Shown: positions 30,084 through 39,986, counted from the first letter of the stretch. The stretch is 64,000 nucleotides of DNA from an uncultured Oscillospiraceae bacterium (GCA_964485265.1 CAZAIU010000006.1:6884-70883), one strand, 5' to 3'. A program made the numbers and translations. Notes: a model not told the origin generated them from the sequence alone.

Positions 30084-31112
30084 CTATTTTTGAATGTAAA
30101 CCGGCATTGGCTCTGTATGAGTATGCTCGTCTTCAATATTGTACTCCTCCTGAGGAAGTGCAGGACGGGGATTTTGAGGCAAAAACAAAACAATAGCAAT
30201 TGCCGCCAAAAGGACGATAGTGGTGCAAACGCCGCCTTCAATTCCGAAGCTGCCTCCTGAAATCAGTTCTTTACCTTCGGTCAACGCAGCGCCGAAAACT
30301 GAACTGCCAACGGCACCGCCGCTGACTGATATTCCAAAAATATGTCCCTGAAAGAAGTTCCACGATGCGTGAAGAGCACAGGCCCCCCAAAGGTCATCGG
30401 TTCGCAGTATGTACACCGCGGCAAAAACGCCAAATAGGGTAAGGTTTACAAACGCAAGGGGCGTTATGCCGTTGTTTGCAAGGTGAAGCGCCGCAAAAAT
30501 AATTGAACTCATTCCCACAGCAACAGCAACAGAAACCTTATTTGCGCAGGACACCATGAAATATCCCCGAACCATAACTTCCTCGCTCATGCCTTGAACC
30601 AGAAACCCTACGAAGAACAGGGCTATGTACATCCACGAAACACTGCTGTTGAAGCCTGTAAACTTCGTTCCCCCAAGAAGCGCAGATAATCCGACCGCAG
30701 CGGCTATCATAACCGCGCCCACAAGATAGCCAAAGCCGTACTTTTTAAAAAAGTTTTTTTTTCTAAGCCCCATAGACGCAAAGGAGCGTCCTTCAATTGC
30801 TCTGCAATAGATGAATGCACATGCCGTGGTTATCGCAGTTGCAAACAAGCTGATTACAGAAAACCACTGCGGAAGATTACTCATTGTTTCGGTAATAGAC
30901 TGAGTAATTGCCGCAACATCGCCGCTGACGAAAAGTGCAGGGTCAACACCCTTTACCGCTGCAATACCCATGGGTATACCAACTAGCAGTCCTGTGGCAA
31001 TATTACTGATTAAAAAGACAGCAATAAAAATCAAGACCTGCAAGACAATATGTGCCTTGTGCTTGGACTTTGACGCCTCGTGAAGAATAACACTGTTTTC
31101 CAAATTGAGCAT
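30084..31112 (-). CDS. CPBP (CAAX protease / Abi) family intramembrane glutamic endopeptidase
   Basis: Polytopic membrane protein with an EEVMVRGY motif (EExxxR) and FAALHL...HASWNF His motifs. The start was moved to the ATG at 31112, which follows GGAAGGAA. Confidence 0.8.
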   Translation of the reverse strand: MLNLENSVILHEASKSKHKAHIVLQVLIFIAVFLISNIATGLLVGIPMGIAAVKGVDPALFVSGDVAAITQSITETMSNLPQWFSVISLFATAITTACAFIYCRAIEGRSFASMGLRKKNFFKKYGFGYLVGAVMIAAAVGLSALLGGTKFTGFNSSVSWMYIALFFVGFLVQGMSEEVMVRGYFMVSCANKVSVAVAVGMSSIIFAALHLANNGITPLAFVNLTLFGVFAAVYILRTDDLWGACALHASWNFFQGHIFGISVSGGAVGSSVFGAALTEGKELISGGSFGIEGGVCTTIVLLAAIAIVLFLPQNPRPALPQEEYNIEDEHTHTEPMPVYIQK

Positions 31113-31200
31113 CTTTATATTCCTTCCCCGTAAAAAGTTAATTGAGCTAAGCATGCCTAGCCCAATTATACTTTATGCAAACTTCTTTTTCAACTTGCTT

Positions 31201-32079
31201 TTATTCAAGATTAAGTTTGTTTTTAAGCAGATAGTGAGACAAAGCAAAGAATCCCGCAGTAAGCACTGCCGTCAAAACAATATAGAAGAGCAGGAAGGGC
31301 TGCATTGCATCAAAAACCAAAGAAAACGCCTCACTTGCAGCCATTGGACCCATAGGCATGGAATTCATGTTCTGAACAAAGTTGCCGGATATGAGGAACT
31401 GTCCCAATGTTGACAGAATGCCCACAGCAATGTTAATTGCGAAATAAAAGCCTATTCCGGCAAGAAGCTTATGCTTTTGTGATACAACTCCACCGATAAT
31501 TAGAGAAAGATATACGTGCAGAAGGCTGAAAGCAAGGCTTATTAACACGAGAATTACAAACTCAACGCAGGGCAAAACAAGCTTTCCTCCCAAAATCCCA
31601 ACTGTTTCCCTTACAAACTCACCGAAATGCTGATAGAATTCAAAGTTTGCGAAATGCTGTGTAGAAGTTCCGAAAATAAAAAATATATTAACGCAAATGA
31701 AAATTACCAATCCGCTGATTATTGTCCAAAGCATGGCTGTAATGAGCTTTGACCAAAGAAGCTGGTTAACTGTAACCGGCAGGGTGAAGGTAAGATAGCC
31801 CTCGTCACACATGAAATTCTTATAAAATCTCTGGAAGATGATAAACGCAATGAGGAAAGACGAAGCAATTATTGCCAGCAGCATCATCACAGATATAAAG
31901 CCTGTAATTAGCCGCAAAAACTGGGCGCTCGCACCCTGCATAGATGCCATCATGTCTGTTCGCATATTAAAGGCAAAGCCCGCAGTTGCAATTATTGTTG
32001 CGCCTACCACGGCAAGCTGGGTGGGCAACAGAATTCTCGAAAGAGAACTAAAGTCGTGTTTGATAAGCTTACCTAGCAT
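31201..32079 (-). CDS. Integral membrane protein, putative permease partner of the upstream ABC ATPase
   Basis: 292 aa with multiple TM segments. It overlaps the ATPase gene by 7 nt. I recognise no family motif. Confidence 0.5.
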   Translation of the reverse strand: MLGKLIKHDFSSLSRILLPTQLAVVGATIIATAGFAFNMRTDMMASMQGASAQFLRLITGFISVMMLLAIIASSFLIAFIIFQRFYKNFMCDEGYLTFTLPVTVNQLLWSKLITAMLWTIISGLVIFICVNIFFIFGTSTQHFANFEFYQHFGEFVRETVGILGGKLVLPCVEFVILVLISLAFSLLHVYLSLIIGGVVSQKHKLLAGIGFYFAINIAVGILSTLGQFLISGNFVQNMNSMPMGPMAASEAFSLVFDAMQPFLLFYIVLTAVLTAGFFALSHYLLKNKLNLE

Positions 32080-32774
32080 CTGAATACCTCCCTAAAGTAT
32101 GCGTCAATAGACTTGCCCAAATCCTCTCTCAGACTGTCTGTTGATGCGTAGGACACAATTTGCCCGTTCTGGAGAAAGATAAACTCGTCCAAAACCGTCT
32201 CTATGTCCGAAATAAGGTGGGTGGAAATCAGAACGGTTGCTTCCTCATTGTAGTTTTTAAGAATAGTGTCAAGAATAAAGTCTCTTGCAGCAGGGTCAAC
32301 ACCGCCAATAGGCTCATCAAGCAGATACAGCCTTGCCTTGCGAGACATTACCAAAACAAGCTGAACCTTTTCTCTTGTGCCCTTTGAAAGTGTTTTCATC
32401 CTTGCTTTTGCAGGCACCTTGAGGGTTTCCAGCATAGAGACAGCTCTATTGTAGTCAAAGTCCTGATAAAAATCACGGAAAAAGTCCAGACAGTCAAGAA
32501 CTGACATCCAGTCGGGAAAATAGGTGCGCTCCGGAAGATAGGAAACCAGCGTCTTGCTTTCAGGCCCCGGCTTGTTGCCGCATATGAGTATTTCTCCCTG
32601 AGTTGGGGTAAGCAGTCCGCAGGCAAGCTTAATAAGCGTTGTCTTTCCGCTTCCGTTAGGGCCTAAAAGTCCTATAATTTTTCCTGCCGGTAAACTGATG
32701 TTTATATCATTCAACGCTGAAATTGCTCCGAAGTTTTTGTGCAACCCTCTGCACTCAAGCGTTGCTTCACTCAT
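32073..32774 (-). CDS. ABC transporter ATP-binding protein
   Basis: Walker A (GPNGSGKTT), a signature-like LSKGTREK and Walker B (LYLLDEP). The start was moved to the ATG at 32774, which follows AAGGAGG. Confidence 0.85.
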   Translation of the reverse strand: MSEATLECRGLHKNFGAISALNDINISLPAGKIIGLLGPNGSGKTTLIKLACGLLTPTQGEILICGNKPGPESKTLVSYLPERTYFPDWMSVLDCLDFFRDFYQDFDYNRAVSMLETLKVPAKARMKTLSKGTREKVQLVLVMSRKARLYLLDEPIGGVDPAARDFILDTILKNYNEEATVLISTHLISDIETVLDEFIFLQNGQIVSYASTDSLREDLGKSIDAYFREVFRC

Positions 32775-33162
32775 TGATGTTTCCTCCTTCATCTGCTTTC
32801 TCCAACAGACTTAGTGTCTGTTCACGGGTATAGCCCAAGTCTGCCATACTCTTTAAAAAGTCTGCGACAAGTGCTTCTCCTCTCTTATTCCTCGCCATTT
32901 CAATCAAGCTCTCCTCTGTCGTTACAAATTTGCCCGTGTTGCGTTGGGTTTCAATAAGCCCTATGCTCTCCAGCTCAGATAACGCCCTTTGAACGGTATT
33001 TGGATTTACCGAAGCCATAATTGCAAACTCACGAACACTGGGCAGCTTTTCCCCAAGCTGATACGTTCCAGATAAGATACCCGCAACAATCTGGTCAGAC
33101 ATTTGAACGTATATGGGTCGGTCACTTGTAAACTGCCATGCCAAGCTATCACTGCCTTTCAT
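32767..33162 (-). CDS. GntR-family transcriptional regulator, YtrA-like subfamily
   Basis: ...LPSVREFAIMASVNPNTVQRALSELE... The start was moved to the ATG at 33162. Confidence 0.8.
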   Translation of the reverse strand: MKGSDSLAWQFTSDRPIYVQMSDQIVAGILSGTYQLGEKLPSVREFAIMASVNPNTVQRALSELESIGLIETQRNTGKFVTTEESLIEMARNKRGEALVADFLKSMADLGYTREQTLSLLEKADEGGNINE

Positions 33163-33212
33163 TAAACTACACCGATTGTGTCGGTGTGTTGGTTTACTAG
33201 TACATTGTGTCA

Positions 33213-33241
33213 ATAGTACACCCATGTTACCGATTTGTCAA
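33213..33241 (-). promoter_or_regulatory. Candidate promoter of GntR-ABC-CPBP module 2, with TGTACTA direct repeats
   Basis: On the minus strand: TTGACA (33241-33236), a 17-nt spacer, then TACTAT (33218-33213). TGTACTA occurs twice; on the plus strand this is TAGTACA at 33198 and 33214. The upstream copy overlaps the -10 hexamer. Confidence 0.45.
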
Positions 33242-33432
33242 GCTCTGATTTTTAAAAAACAATTTTTCGCCCCAACAGTTGCATTATGTTAACCTAAACT
33301 TACAAATTCGTTACAAGGTTTACACTTTGTTTCAAAGCATCTGTTTCGGTTGACCCAAGTTTTTGTCGGTATTATAATGATTTTGTCGAAAGTTATGTAA
33401 ACAGAAAAATTCAAGTAGGAGAATATGGAGCC

Positions 33433-34758
33433 ATGTCAAAACGCATTACCAGTATTTTTTTATCGCTCATCATTATCGCCGCCCTCGTAACCACTGCCTC
33501 TGCTAATAATACAAAGCTCATGGCTCTTACTTTCGATGACGGACCGTCAAAAAACGTCACGCCCGTTTTGCTGGACGAGCTTGCAAAACGTAATGTTCGT
33601 GTTTCGTTTTTTAATGTAGGGCAGTATTTGGAGTACTTCCCCGAAACTGCCGCAAAAGCCGCAGAATACGGTCACCAGCTTTGCAATCACAGTTATTCTC
33701 ATCCTTGGTTCACAAAGATCAGTCAAGGGACAATTACATCGGAGCTTTCAAAAACCAATGAATTGATCTATAATCTCTCCGGAGAAAAAGACATAATGCT
33801 GCGCATCCCCTACGGCGCAATTAACAGCACCATAAAAGAGCTTGCAGACGCTCCGATAATCCAATGGTCGTTGGATCCTGCCAACGGTAACATGAACACC
33901 TCCGAGGATGTGATGAAAAACAATCTGGTAAGCTTGGCAAAGGACGGCGCAATTGTAATCCTGCACGATACTAATGAGAAAAACCTCAATGTTGCCCTAT
34001 ATGCCATTGACGAACTGCTTGAGCAGGGCTATGAGTTTGTAACCTTGAACGAGCTTTTCAGGCTCAGAGGCGTAACAGCGGAAAAGGGTGTTGTATACTA
34101 TAGCGTACCTGTCAGCAGTGCCGAAACTGCCTTTGACGAGGATAAGCTGTCTGAGCATTGGGCAAGCAGTGACATAGACTATGTTGCAGACAAGCATATC
34201 ATGGAGGGTGACGATAACGGCTTCATGCCAAACGGCTACATGACCAGGGCTATGGCAGCGACAACACTTTGGCGAATGGCAGGTTCACCTGTCTCCGCAT
34301 CCGCTTCTGCTCCGCCTCTGCTGTTTCTTGCAGTTGACGTACATATTCTTGCAGGACTTTTCAGCAGCCGCTTAGACTCCAAGGTCAGCAGCTTTACAGA
34401 CGTTCCCGAAGACCAATGGTATACCAGCGCGGTTAATTGGGCACATCGCAACGGATATGTTGAGGGAGTTTCCGAAAGTTCCTTCGCCCCGGATGAATAT
34501 GTTACAAAGGAGCAGTTTTACACCATGCTTGAGCGCTTCGGACGCAAGACACTTCAAAACGCTCCCAGTGTGCAGCCCTGCAAGTACAGAGATGATGTAC
34601 GTATAAGCCAATGGGCACAGGAGAGCATCTCTCAGCTTAGGTATAGCGGCTTCATGTCTAAAAATGACAAGGAAATCTTCAGACCTCTCGATAATATCAC
34701 ACGTGCCGAGGCTGCGGAGCTTATAACATGGCTTCTGCGTGACTGTCCGAATGCTTAA
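33433..34758 (+). CDS. Secreted polysaccharide deacetylase (NodB domain) with C-terminal SLH repeats
   Basis: Signal peptide, then the NodB motifs LTFDDGPS and HSYSHP. SLH-like repeats follow (...FTDVPEDQWYTSAVNWAHRNGYVEG...). Confidence 0.8.
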   Translation: MSKRITSIFLSLIIIAALVTTASANNTKLMALTFDDGPSKNVTPVLLDELAKRNVRVSFFNVGQYLEYFPETAAKAAEYGHQLCNHSYSHPWFTKISQGTITSELSKTNELIYNLSGEKDIMLRIPYGAINSTIKELADAPIIQWSLDPANGNMNTSEDVMKNNLVSLAKDGAIVILHDTNEKNLNVALYAIDELLEQGYEFVTLNELFRLRGVTAEKGVVYYSVPVSSAETAFDEDKLSEHWASSDIDYVADKHIMEGDDNGFMPNGYMTRAMAATTLWRMAGSPVSASASAPPLLFLAVDVHILAGLFSSRLDSKVSSFTDVPEDQWYTSAVNWAHRNGYVEGVSESSFAPDEYVTKEQFYTMLERFGRKTLQNAPSVQPCKYRDDVRISQWAQESISQLRYSGFMSKNDKEIFRPLDNITRAEAAELITWLLRDCPNA

Positions 34759-34772
34759 CCGCCTTGAATATT

Positions 34773-34809
34773 AAATCTGCCGCAAGAATCAATCTTGCGG
34801 CAGATTTTT
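34773..34809. terminator. Bidirectional intrinsic terminator
   Basis: AAATCTGCCGCAAGA-ATCAA-TCTTGCGGCAGATTTTT. Confidence 0.8.
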
Positions 34810-34852
34810 GTACTTTTCAGCAGCACATATCCCACCAGCTTTTAAAACAGTA

Positions 34853-35383
34853 TCAGCCTATCACTCCATAGGTTCCTGTAATCGGGTCGAGAAAAAGATT
34901 AATATGCGGCGGAAAAAAAGTAAACGCGGCATAAGCGGTAATTAGCACAAGCAATCCAATTATCGACCAAATGTGAGCACCGGGAGAGCTGTACTTTTTT
35001 GTATGCATCAGTCTGTAGCCATATACATAGGCTGCAAGCACCGCAATTACAAACAGCAATATGTCTGCCACAGGATAGTCCTTGCCTGTAATACCTGTAT
35101 AGGTATAAAATCCACCGATTATTATAGCTACCCCAAGTAAAATTGACAGCAGCCGTATAGGAATAAAATTAACCTTACTTTTCCCGTAGTAAAAATACTC
35201 GAAAACTCCATAAATCAGCATTGGAAACACCAACATCTTAGTGTGCTCCCATGTACTTTCATTTATTGCGCTTATTGTGCCAGCCAAAGCGCTATAGGCC
35301 GACCACTCATAAGTAAAGTGAAGAAGCGTTCCAAAAAGCAATGTAAACAGCAATCCAATAATACTTATTTTTTTCAAAAGCAT
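34853..35383 (-). CDS. Hypothetical polytopic membrane protein
   Basis: 176 aa with 5-6 hydrophobic segments. I recognise no catalytic motif. Confidence 0.5.
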   Translation of the reverse strand: MLLKKISIIGLLFTLLFGTLLHFTYEWSAYSALAGTISAINESTWEHTKMLVFPMLIYGVFEYFYYGKSKVNFIPIRLLSILLGVAIIIGGFYTYTGITGKDYPVADILLFVIAVLAAYVYGYRLMHTKKYSSPGAHIWSIIGLLVLITAYAAFTFFPPHINLFLDPITGTYGVIG

Positions 35384-35490
35384 ACACCTCCATCAAAGGA
35401 GTATATGCCGTTATATAAAATACATACTTTTAATTTACGTGTTGCAAAAAAAGCGTGGCTTAAAAAACATATATGCATTAAAAAGATATG

Positions 35491-35522
35491 TAAAACAGCA
35501 CGCCGGAAAACCGACGTGCTGC
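35491..35522 (-). terminator. Intrinsic terminator after the 71-aa ORF
   Basis: On the minus strand: CAGCACGTCGG-TTTT-CCGGCGTGCTG followed by TTTTAC. Confidence 0.6.
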
Positions 35523-35612
35523 TAAAGACGTTTTTAAGTTTTCATATGGCCTGTACTATCCCCTGACGGTGAGATGCACCGACCGAAAAACTAGCAAAAC
35601 AATATGTAAGGA

Positions 35613-35828
35613 TTAGAGACCCTTTGCGTTGCAAGCGTCGATGAACTCCTGGATCTTTGCTTCGGGAATCTTAGCAGCGGGAGTCTTTGCAATCTTGCCG
35701 AGGGTAAAGCCCTTAGCCATCTTCATCATGGGGTTGGTGGAAGTTCCGGGCATGATTTCGTCCATAACAGCAACTGCTGCGGGGTTAGCGAGAACGTCGC
35801 CTACTACTGTATCCATGCTAAATGCCAT
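35613..35828 (-). CDS. Small hypothetical protein (71 aa)
   Basis: MAFSMDTVVGDVLANPAAVAVMDEIMPGTSTNPMMKMAKGF... A strong GGAGG sequence lies 7 nt upstream of the ATG at 35828. Codon usage looks like that of the neighbouring genes. Confidence 0.5.
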   Translation of the reverse strand: MAFSMDTVVGDVLANPAAVAVMDEIMPGTSTNPMMKMAKGFTLGKIAKTPAAKIPEAKIQEFIDACNAKGL

Positions 35829-36441
35829 AATAATGACCTCCATAAAATTATTAAATTCGCCGCTCTGCCGTATATAGTACACAAATTAAGTGCCGTCAGG
35901 ATCACTGCGTTTGCAATACAAACAGCTTTGCTAGCGAGCCGGACATTATAGTACCGGCTATTGTCGGGATTAGTAACTCGACCTACTGAGAGGTTATCAC
36001 GCAAGCCTTTAAGTGTCAATTGTACAAAAGCACAAAATAAATCCAGATATAGGGTGAAAATGCACAATTATTCAAATCGTGGAACATTTTTGCAGCAAAA
36101 CGAAACAGCATTTTTATCTATCGTTGTTTCACTGAAACATTTTTGAAACATTACATTTTTCTGGTTATTTAGGGCTTTAACGTGGATAAAACACCTATAT
36201 TTTTCCAATTTTTTCTCTTCTCGTCTCCTTTCGACTTATTTCCGCCTTTAATCGTATATGACATTTTAATCACATCTTAACCAGTATGTCAAAATACACA
36301 TAGACTTTTCTTACCAATGCGTAAGACGCTCTTTAATGGGAATCTGTTTTATGCATGAATATGGATTTGCAGGATTGCCGAAAAAAGAAATCTGTGATAA
36401 TATAATGACATATTATTTTGTAAATTCTTCGGAGGTTGCAT

Positions 36442-37059
36442 ATGCTATATGCCGAAAACACAGCCGCACGCTTTACCGAGCTGCTTGCTTCCGGCGCACC
36501 TGTTCCCGGCGGCGGGGGTGCGTCTGCTTTTGTTGGTTCCTTAGGCGTTTCTCTCGCATCAATGGTTGCAAACCTAACAACAGGCAAAAAAAAATATGCC
36601 GAATTTGAGCCGGACATTCAGCGTATTTTAAATGAAGCTGATGTTCTTCGCCAAGAATTGCTCCAATTGATTGACGCTGATGCCGAGTGCTTTGAGCCAC
36701 TTTCAAAGGCATACTCCATGAATAAAAACGACCCAAGCTTCGATGAGGTAATGCAAGCCGCGCTTCGCCGCGCCTGCACGGCTCCTATGGATATAATGAT
36801 AGCTGCCTCCAAGGCAATCGAGCTGCATCAGGAGCTTGCCGTGAAGGGCTCAAGGCTTATGCTTTCCGATGTTGGCGTTGGCGTGCTGTGCTGCAAAACG
36901 GCTCTCATGGGTGCAAGCATGAATGTGCTAATAAACCTCAAGTCCATCACAGGCGAGAGCTATGCAGCAAAGCTGCACACACAAATGGACGAGCTTCTTG
37001 AAAAATACTGCACCGCAGCAGATGAGACCTATAACTATGTTTTGGAAAGGCTAAAATAA
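36442..37059 (+). CDS. fchA: Cyclodeaminase/cyclohydrolase family protein (FTCD C-terminal domain; methenyl-THF cyclohydrolase FchA-like)
   Basis: ...FTELLASGAPVPGGGGASAFVGSLGVSLASMVANLT... The ATG at 36442 lies 6 nt after GGAGG. Confidence 0.75.
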   Translation: MLYAENTAARFTELLASGAPVPGGGGASAFVGSLGVSLASMVANLTTGKKKYAEFEPDIQRILNEADVLRQELLQLIDADAECFEPLSKAYSMNKNDPSFDEVMQAALRRACTAPMDIMIAASKAIELHQELAVKGSRLMLSDVGVGVLCCKTALMGASMNVLINLKSITGESYAAKLHTQMDELLEKYCTAADETYNYVLERLK

Positions 37060-37061
37060 TT

Positions 37062-37913
37062 ATGGCAGAGCTTCTTAAGGGTGCACCCGCAGCAGACGCT
37101 ATCAACGAACGTTCTCAAAAGGAATTAGCCCAATTACAGGAGCGGGGAATCACTCCTACTCTTGCACTGGTTCGTGTCGGGGAGCGAGAAGACGATATCG
37201 CATACGAAAACGGCGCTGTGAAGCGCTGCGAAAAGGTTGGCATTGCTGTGCGTCACGTAGTGCTTTCCGAAAGTTCTTCTCAGTCAGAGCTAATAAGCAC
37301 CGTTGAACAACTTAACACTGACACCGGCATACACGGCGTTCTTATTTTCATGCCGCTGCCTAGCCATCTTGACGGCGAAGCGGTACGCCGTGCTCTCAGC
37401 CCCGAAAAGGATGTTGACGGTATAACAGCCGGCTCTCTCGCCGGAGTGTTCACCGGCAGCGGAGAGGGCTTTGCCCCCTGCACAGCACAGGCATGTATTG
37501 AAATACTTGATTATTACGGTATTGACTGCAAGGGCAAGCGTGCTGTAGTTGTTGGCAGAAGCTTGGTAGTTGGAAAGCCTGTTTCAATGCTGCTTATGGC
37601 AAAAAACGCAACGGTTACAATCTGTCACACCAAGACAGTTGACATGCCCTCGGTCACCAAGAACGCCGAGATTCTTATCGCCGCCGCCGGAAAGGCGGGA
37701 GCGGTGACTGCACAGCATTTGTCCGAGGGACAAACAGTCATTGATGTCGGCATAAACTTTCAGGAGGGTAAAATGTGCGGCGATGTTGACTTTAGCTCCG
37801 CCCAGTCCATTGTAAGCGCCATCACGCCCGTCCCCGGAGGGGTTGGCACCGTTACCACCTCAGTTCTTGTTAACCACGTTGTTGAAGCTGCAAAGCGTCA
37901 GAACGCAATGTAA
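37062..37913 (+). CDS. folD: Bifunctional methylene-THF dehydrogenase / methenyl-THF cyclohydrolase
   Basis: 283 aa (...VVVGRSLVVGKP...TPVPGGVGTVTT...). Confidence 0.9.
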   Translation: MAELLKGAPAADAINERSQKELAQLQERGITPTLALVRVGEREDDIAYENGAVKRCEKVGIAVRHVVLSESSSQSELISTVEQLNTDTGIHGVLIFMPLPSHLDGEAVRRALSPEKDVDGITAGSLAGVFTGSGEGFAPCTAQACIEILDYYGIDCKGKRAVVVGRSLVVGKPVSMLLMAKNATVTICHTKTVDMPSVTKNAEILIAAAGKAGAVTAQHLSEGQTVIDVGINFQEGKMCGDVDFSSAQSIVSAITPVPGGVGTVTTSVLVNHVVEAAKRQNAM

Positions 37914-37930
37914 ACAGTATGAAAAAGTAT

Positions 37931-37963
37931 CCGCCGTGAAGCGAGGTTCTCGTTTCACGGCGG
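37931..37963. terminator. Hairpin between convergent folD and the V-ATPase operon, probably a bidirectional terminator
   Basis: CCGCCGTGAAGCGAG-GTT-CTCGTTTCACGGCGG. The flanking T- and A-runs are weak. Confidence 0.55.
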
Positions 37964-37968
37964 CATCT

Positions 37969-38577
37969 TTATCTCTTTTGAGCCTTTATTACCTTTAGGC
38001 GTACAAACTCCTCACGTTCCTTTTCCTCAAGCTCATCGCTGATTCGGATTATATCCGCGTCAAGCCCGGGAATAACAATGTTATGGAGAGCATTTGCCCT
38101 TTTTTGAGCCTTTTTTATGAAGTATGCAAGACGATAAATGCTGTTTTCAAGCTCGGCAAGCTCCAGCGTAAGCGCTTTGACGCTGCTAAACTTTTTATAA
38201 GCGTCATCCAGCGCCGCCGTAGTCCCTGTAAATCCGTAGGGCAGCACCTCCGTGTCATCGGGCATAGCTGTCACGGCGGGCAGCTCAACACCCATAACAC
38301 TTCGGTAGCGCACACGCACCGAGTTGTCAATCGGTGTAGACCTTGCAACGTCCTCGCAGCCGCCCATGGAGATGTTGGCATATTTCAGCGCCGAATACGC
38401 CTCCGAAAAGGTTGCATCTATGCGATTTTGAAGCTCTGCTGCGCGGTCAATAAGACCCATCAGCTCACGTATTAAAATATTGCGCTTTTTATCCATCAGT
38501 TCAAAGCCGTTTTCCGCAAGCGCACGCGAGTGCTTCGCGGCAATAAGATTGCCTTTTGTTGGCGGCAGATTTGCCAT
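37969..38577 (-). CDS. ntpD: V/A-type ATPase subunit D
   Basis: MANLPPTKGNLIAAKHSRALAENGFELMDKKRNILI... The ATG at 38577 lies 8 nt after GGAGG. Confidence 0.85.
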   Translation of the reverse strand: MANLPPTKGNLIAAKHSRALAENGFELMDKKRNILIRELMGLIDRAAELQNRIDATFSEAYSALKYANISMGGCEDVARSTPIDNSVRVRYRSVMGVELPAVTAMPDDTEVLPYGFTGTTAALDDAYKKFSSVKALTLELAELENSIYRLAYFIKKAQKRANALHNIVIPGLDADIIRISDELEEKEREEFVRLKVIKAQKR

Positions 38578-38615
38578 GACGCTCACCTCCCCTGTTAATA
38601 TTCGGCTGTATGCCC

Positions 38616-39986
38616 TTAGCCTTTATAATACTTGTCGAGCATAGCATCTGACACACGTCCAAGTTCGCTGCGCGGCAGAGTTGACAGTAGCTCCCACCCC
38701 AAATCCAAGGTTTGGTCAAGGGTTCTGTCCTCCCTGTCACCCTGAGTGATAAATTCCCGCTCAAAGCGCCTGCCGAATTGCACATAGAGCTTATCAATAT
38801 CCGAAAGCTCATCCTCACCGATTACCGCGGCAAGGCTGCGTGCATCCGCAACAGCGCTGTATGACGCAAAAAGCTGGTTGGAAAGGTCTGCATGGTCTGC
38901 GCGTGTGTAGCCCTCTCCTGTGCCATCCTTCATAAGGCGGGACAGCGACGGCAAAATTGCCACAGGCGGATATATGCCCTGCTGCTCCAAATCGCGGGAT
39001 AAAACTATCTGCCCTTCCGTGATATAGCCGGTAAGGTCAGGAATAGGGTGGCTTATATCGTCATTAGGCATCGTGAGTATAGGCACCTGCGTAACGCTGC
39101 CCTTTTGCCCCCGTATCATACCCGCTCTTTCATACAAGGAGGCAAGGTCAGAATACATATAGCTGGGAAAGCCCTTGCGTGACGGTATTTCGCCCTTTGA
39201 GGACGAAAACTCACGAAGAGCCTCACAGTAGCTTGTCATGTCGGTTAGAATAACCAAAACGTGATACCCGTGGTGAAACGCAAGGTACTCTGCGGCGGTC
39301 AGTGCACAGCGGGGTGCAAGTATACGCTCAATGATGGGGTCTGATGCCATGTTAAGGTACATAACAACGCGCCCCAAAGCGCCCGATTCCTGAAAGTCCT
39401 TTTTGAAGAATTCCGCAGTATCGTTCTTTACGCCCATTGCGCAGAAAACAATTGCAAATTCCTCATTGTCATCCATTGTATGGGCTTGGCGGACGATTTG
39501 GGCTGCAAGCTCGTTATGGCTCATACCGGCACCGGAAAAAATCGGCAGCTTCTGTCCGCGGATAAGGGTTGAGGTTGCATCTATTGCAGAAACTCCCGTC
39601 AAAATGCAGCTTCGCGGATACTGGCGGCTAACGGGGTTTATTGCGCTGCCGTTAATGTCACGCTGTTCGTCTGGGAACACCTCACGAAGTCCGTCTAGAG
39701 GCTTTCCTACACCATCAAAAATTCTGCCCAGAATTTCCTTTGAAAGAGACAGGCTTATGGGCTTTCCCGTAAAGCGAGTATTTACCCGCTCCATATCAAT
39801 ACCGTCAGTGCCCTCAAAAACCTGTAAAACTACCCTGTCACCATCGATTATTATTACACGTCCATAGCGGCGTTCGCCGTTTTCCAGCGTTATCTCCGCA
39901 AGCTCATCATAGGATACGTCATTAACACCCTTTAAAGCGATAAGGGAGCCTTGCATTTCCGAGAGACCTGTATATTCAATTCTCAA
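38616..39986 (-). CDS. ntpB: V/A-type ATPase subunit B
   Basis: 456 aa with a TTG start. The sequence is highly characteristic (...[21 protein letters not shown]...). Confidence 0.9.
   Translation of the reverse strand: MRIEYTGLSEMQGSLIALKGVNDVSYDELAEITLENGERRYGRVIIIDGDRVVLQVFEGTDGIDMERVNTRFTGKPISLSLSKEILGRIFDGVGKPLDGLREVFPDEQRDINGSAINPVSRQYPRSCILTGVSAIDATSTLIRGQKLPIFSGAGMSHNELAAQIVRQAHTMDDNEEFAIVFCAMGVKNDTAEFFKKDFQESGALGRVVMYLNMASDPIIERILAPRCALTAAEYLAFHHGYHVLVILTDMTSYCEALREFSSSKGEIPSRKGFPSYMYSDLASLYERAGMIRGQKGSVTQVPILTMPNDDISHPIPDLTGYITEGQIVLSRDLEQQGIYPPVAILPSLSRLMKDGTGEGYTRADHADLSNQLFASYSAVADARSLAAVIGEDELSDIDKLYVQFGRRFEREFITQGDREDRTLDQTLDLGWELLSTLPRSELGRVSDAMLDKYYKG

Noticed and set aside
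29673-30260. A 195-aa plus-strand ORF that spans the GntR gene, its promoter, a terminator and the end of the CPBP gene.
   Set aside because: It crosses an intrinsic terminator and a promoter and lies antisense to two well-supported genes. It is not credible as a coding region.
34288-34392. A hydrophobic stretch (SASASAPPLLFLAVDVHILAGLFSSRLDSKVSS) between SLH repeats of the deacetylase, suspected to be a compensated frameshift.
   Set aside because: Both alternative frames hit stop codons within this interval, so the annotated frame is the only open one. I treat it as an unusual linker and not as a sequencing error.
35883-36441. I looked for a ZTP (pfl) riboswitch or other folate or purine riboswitch upstream of fchA-folD.
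   Set aside because: Neither the GACUGGCG-type 5' core nor the CCGCCUGGGC-type 3' core is present on the plus strand. The region is AT-rich without convincing conserved helices.
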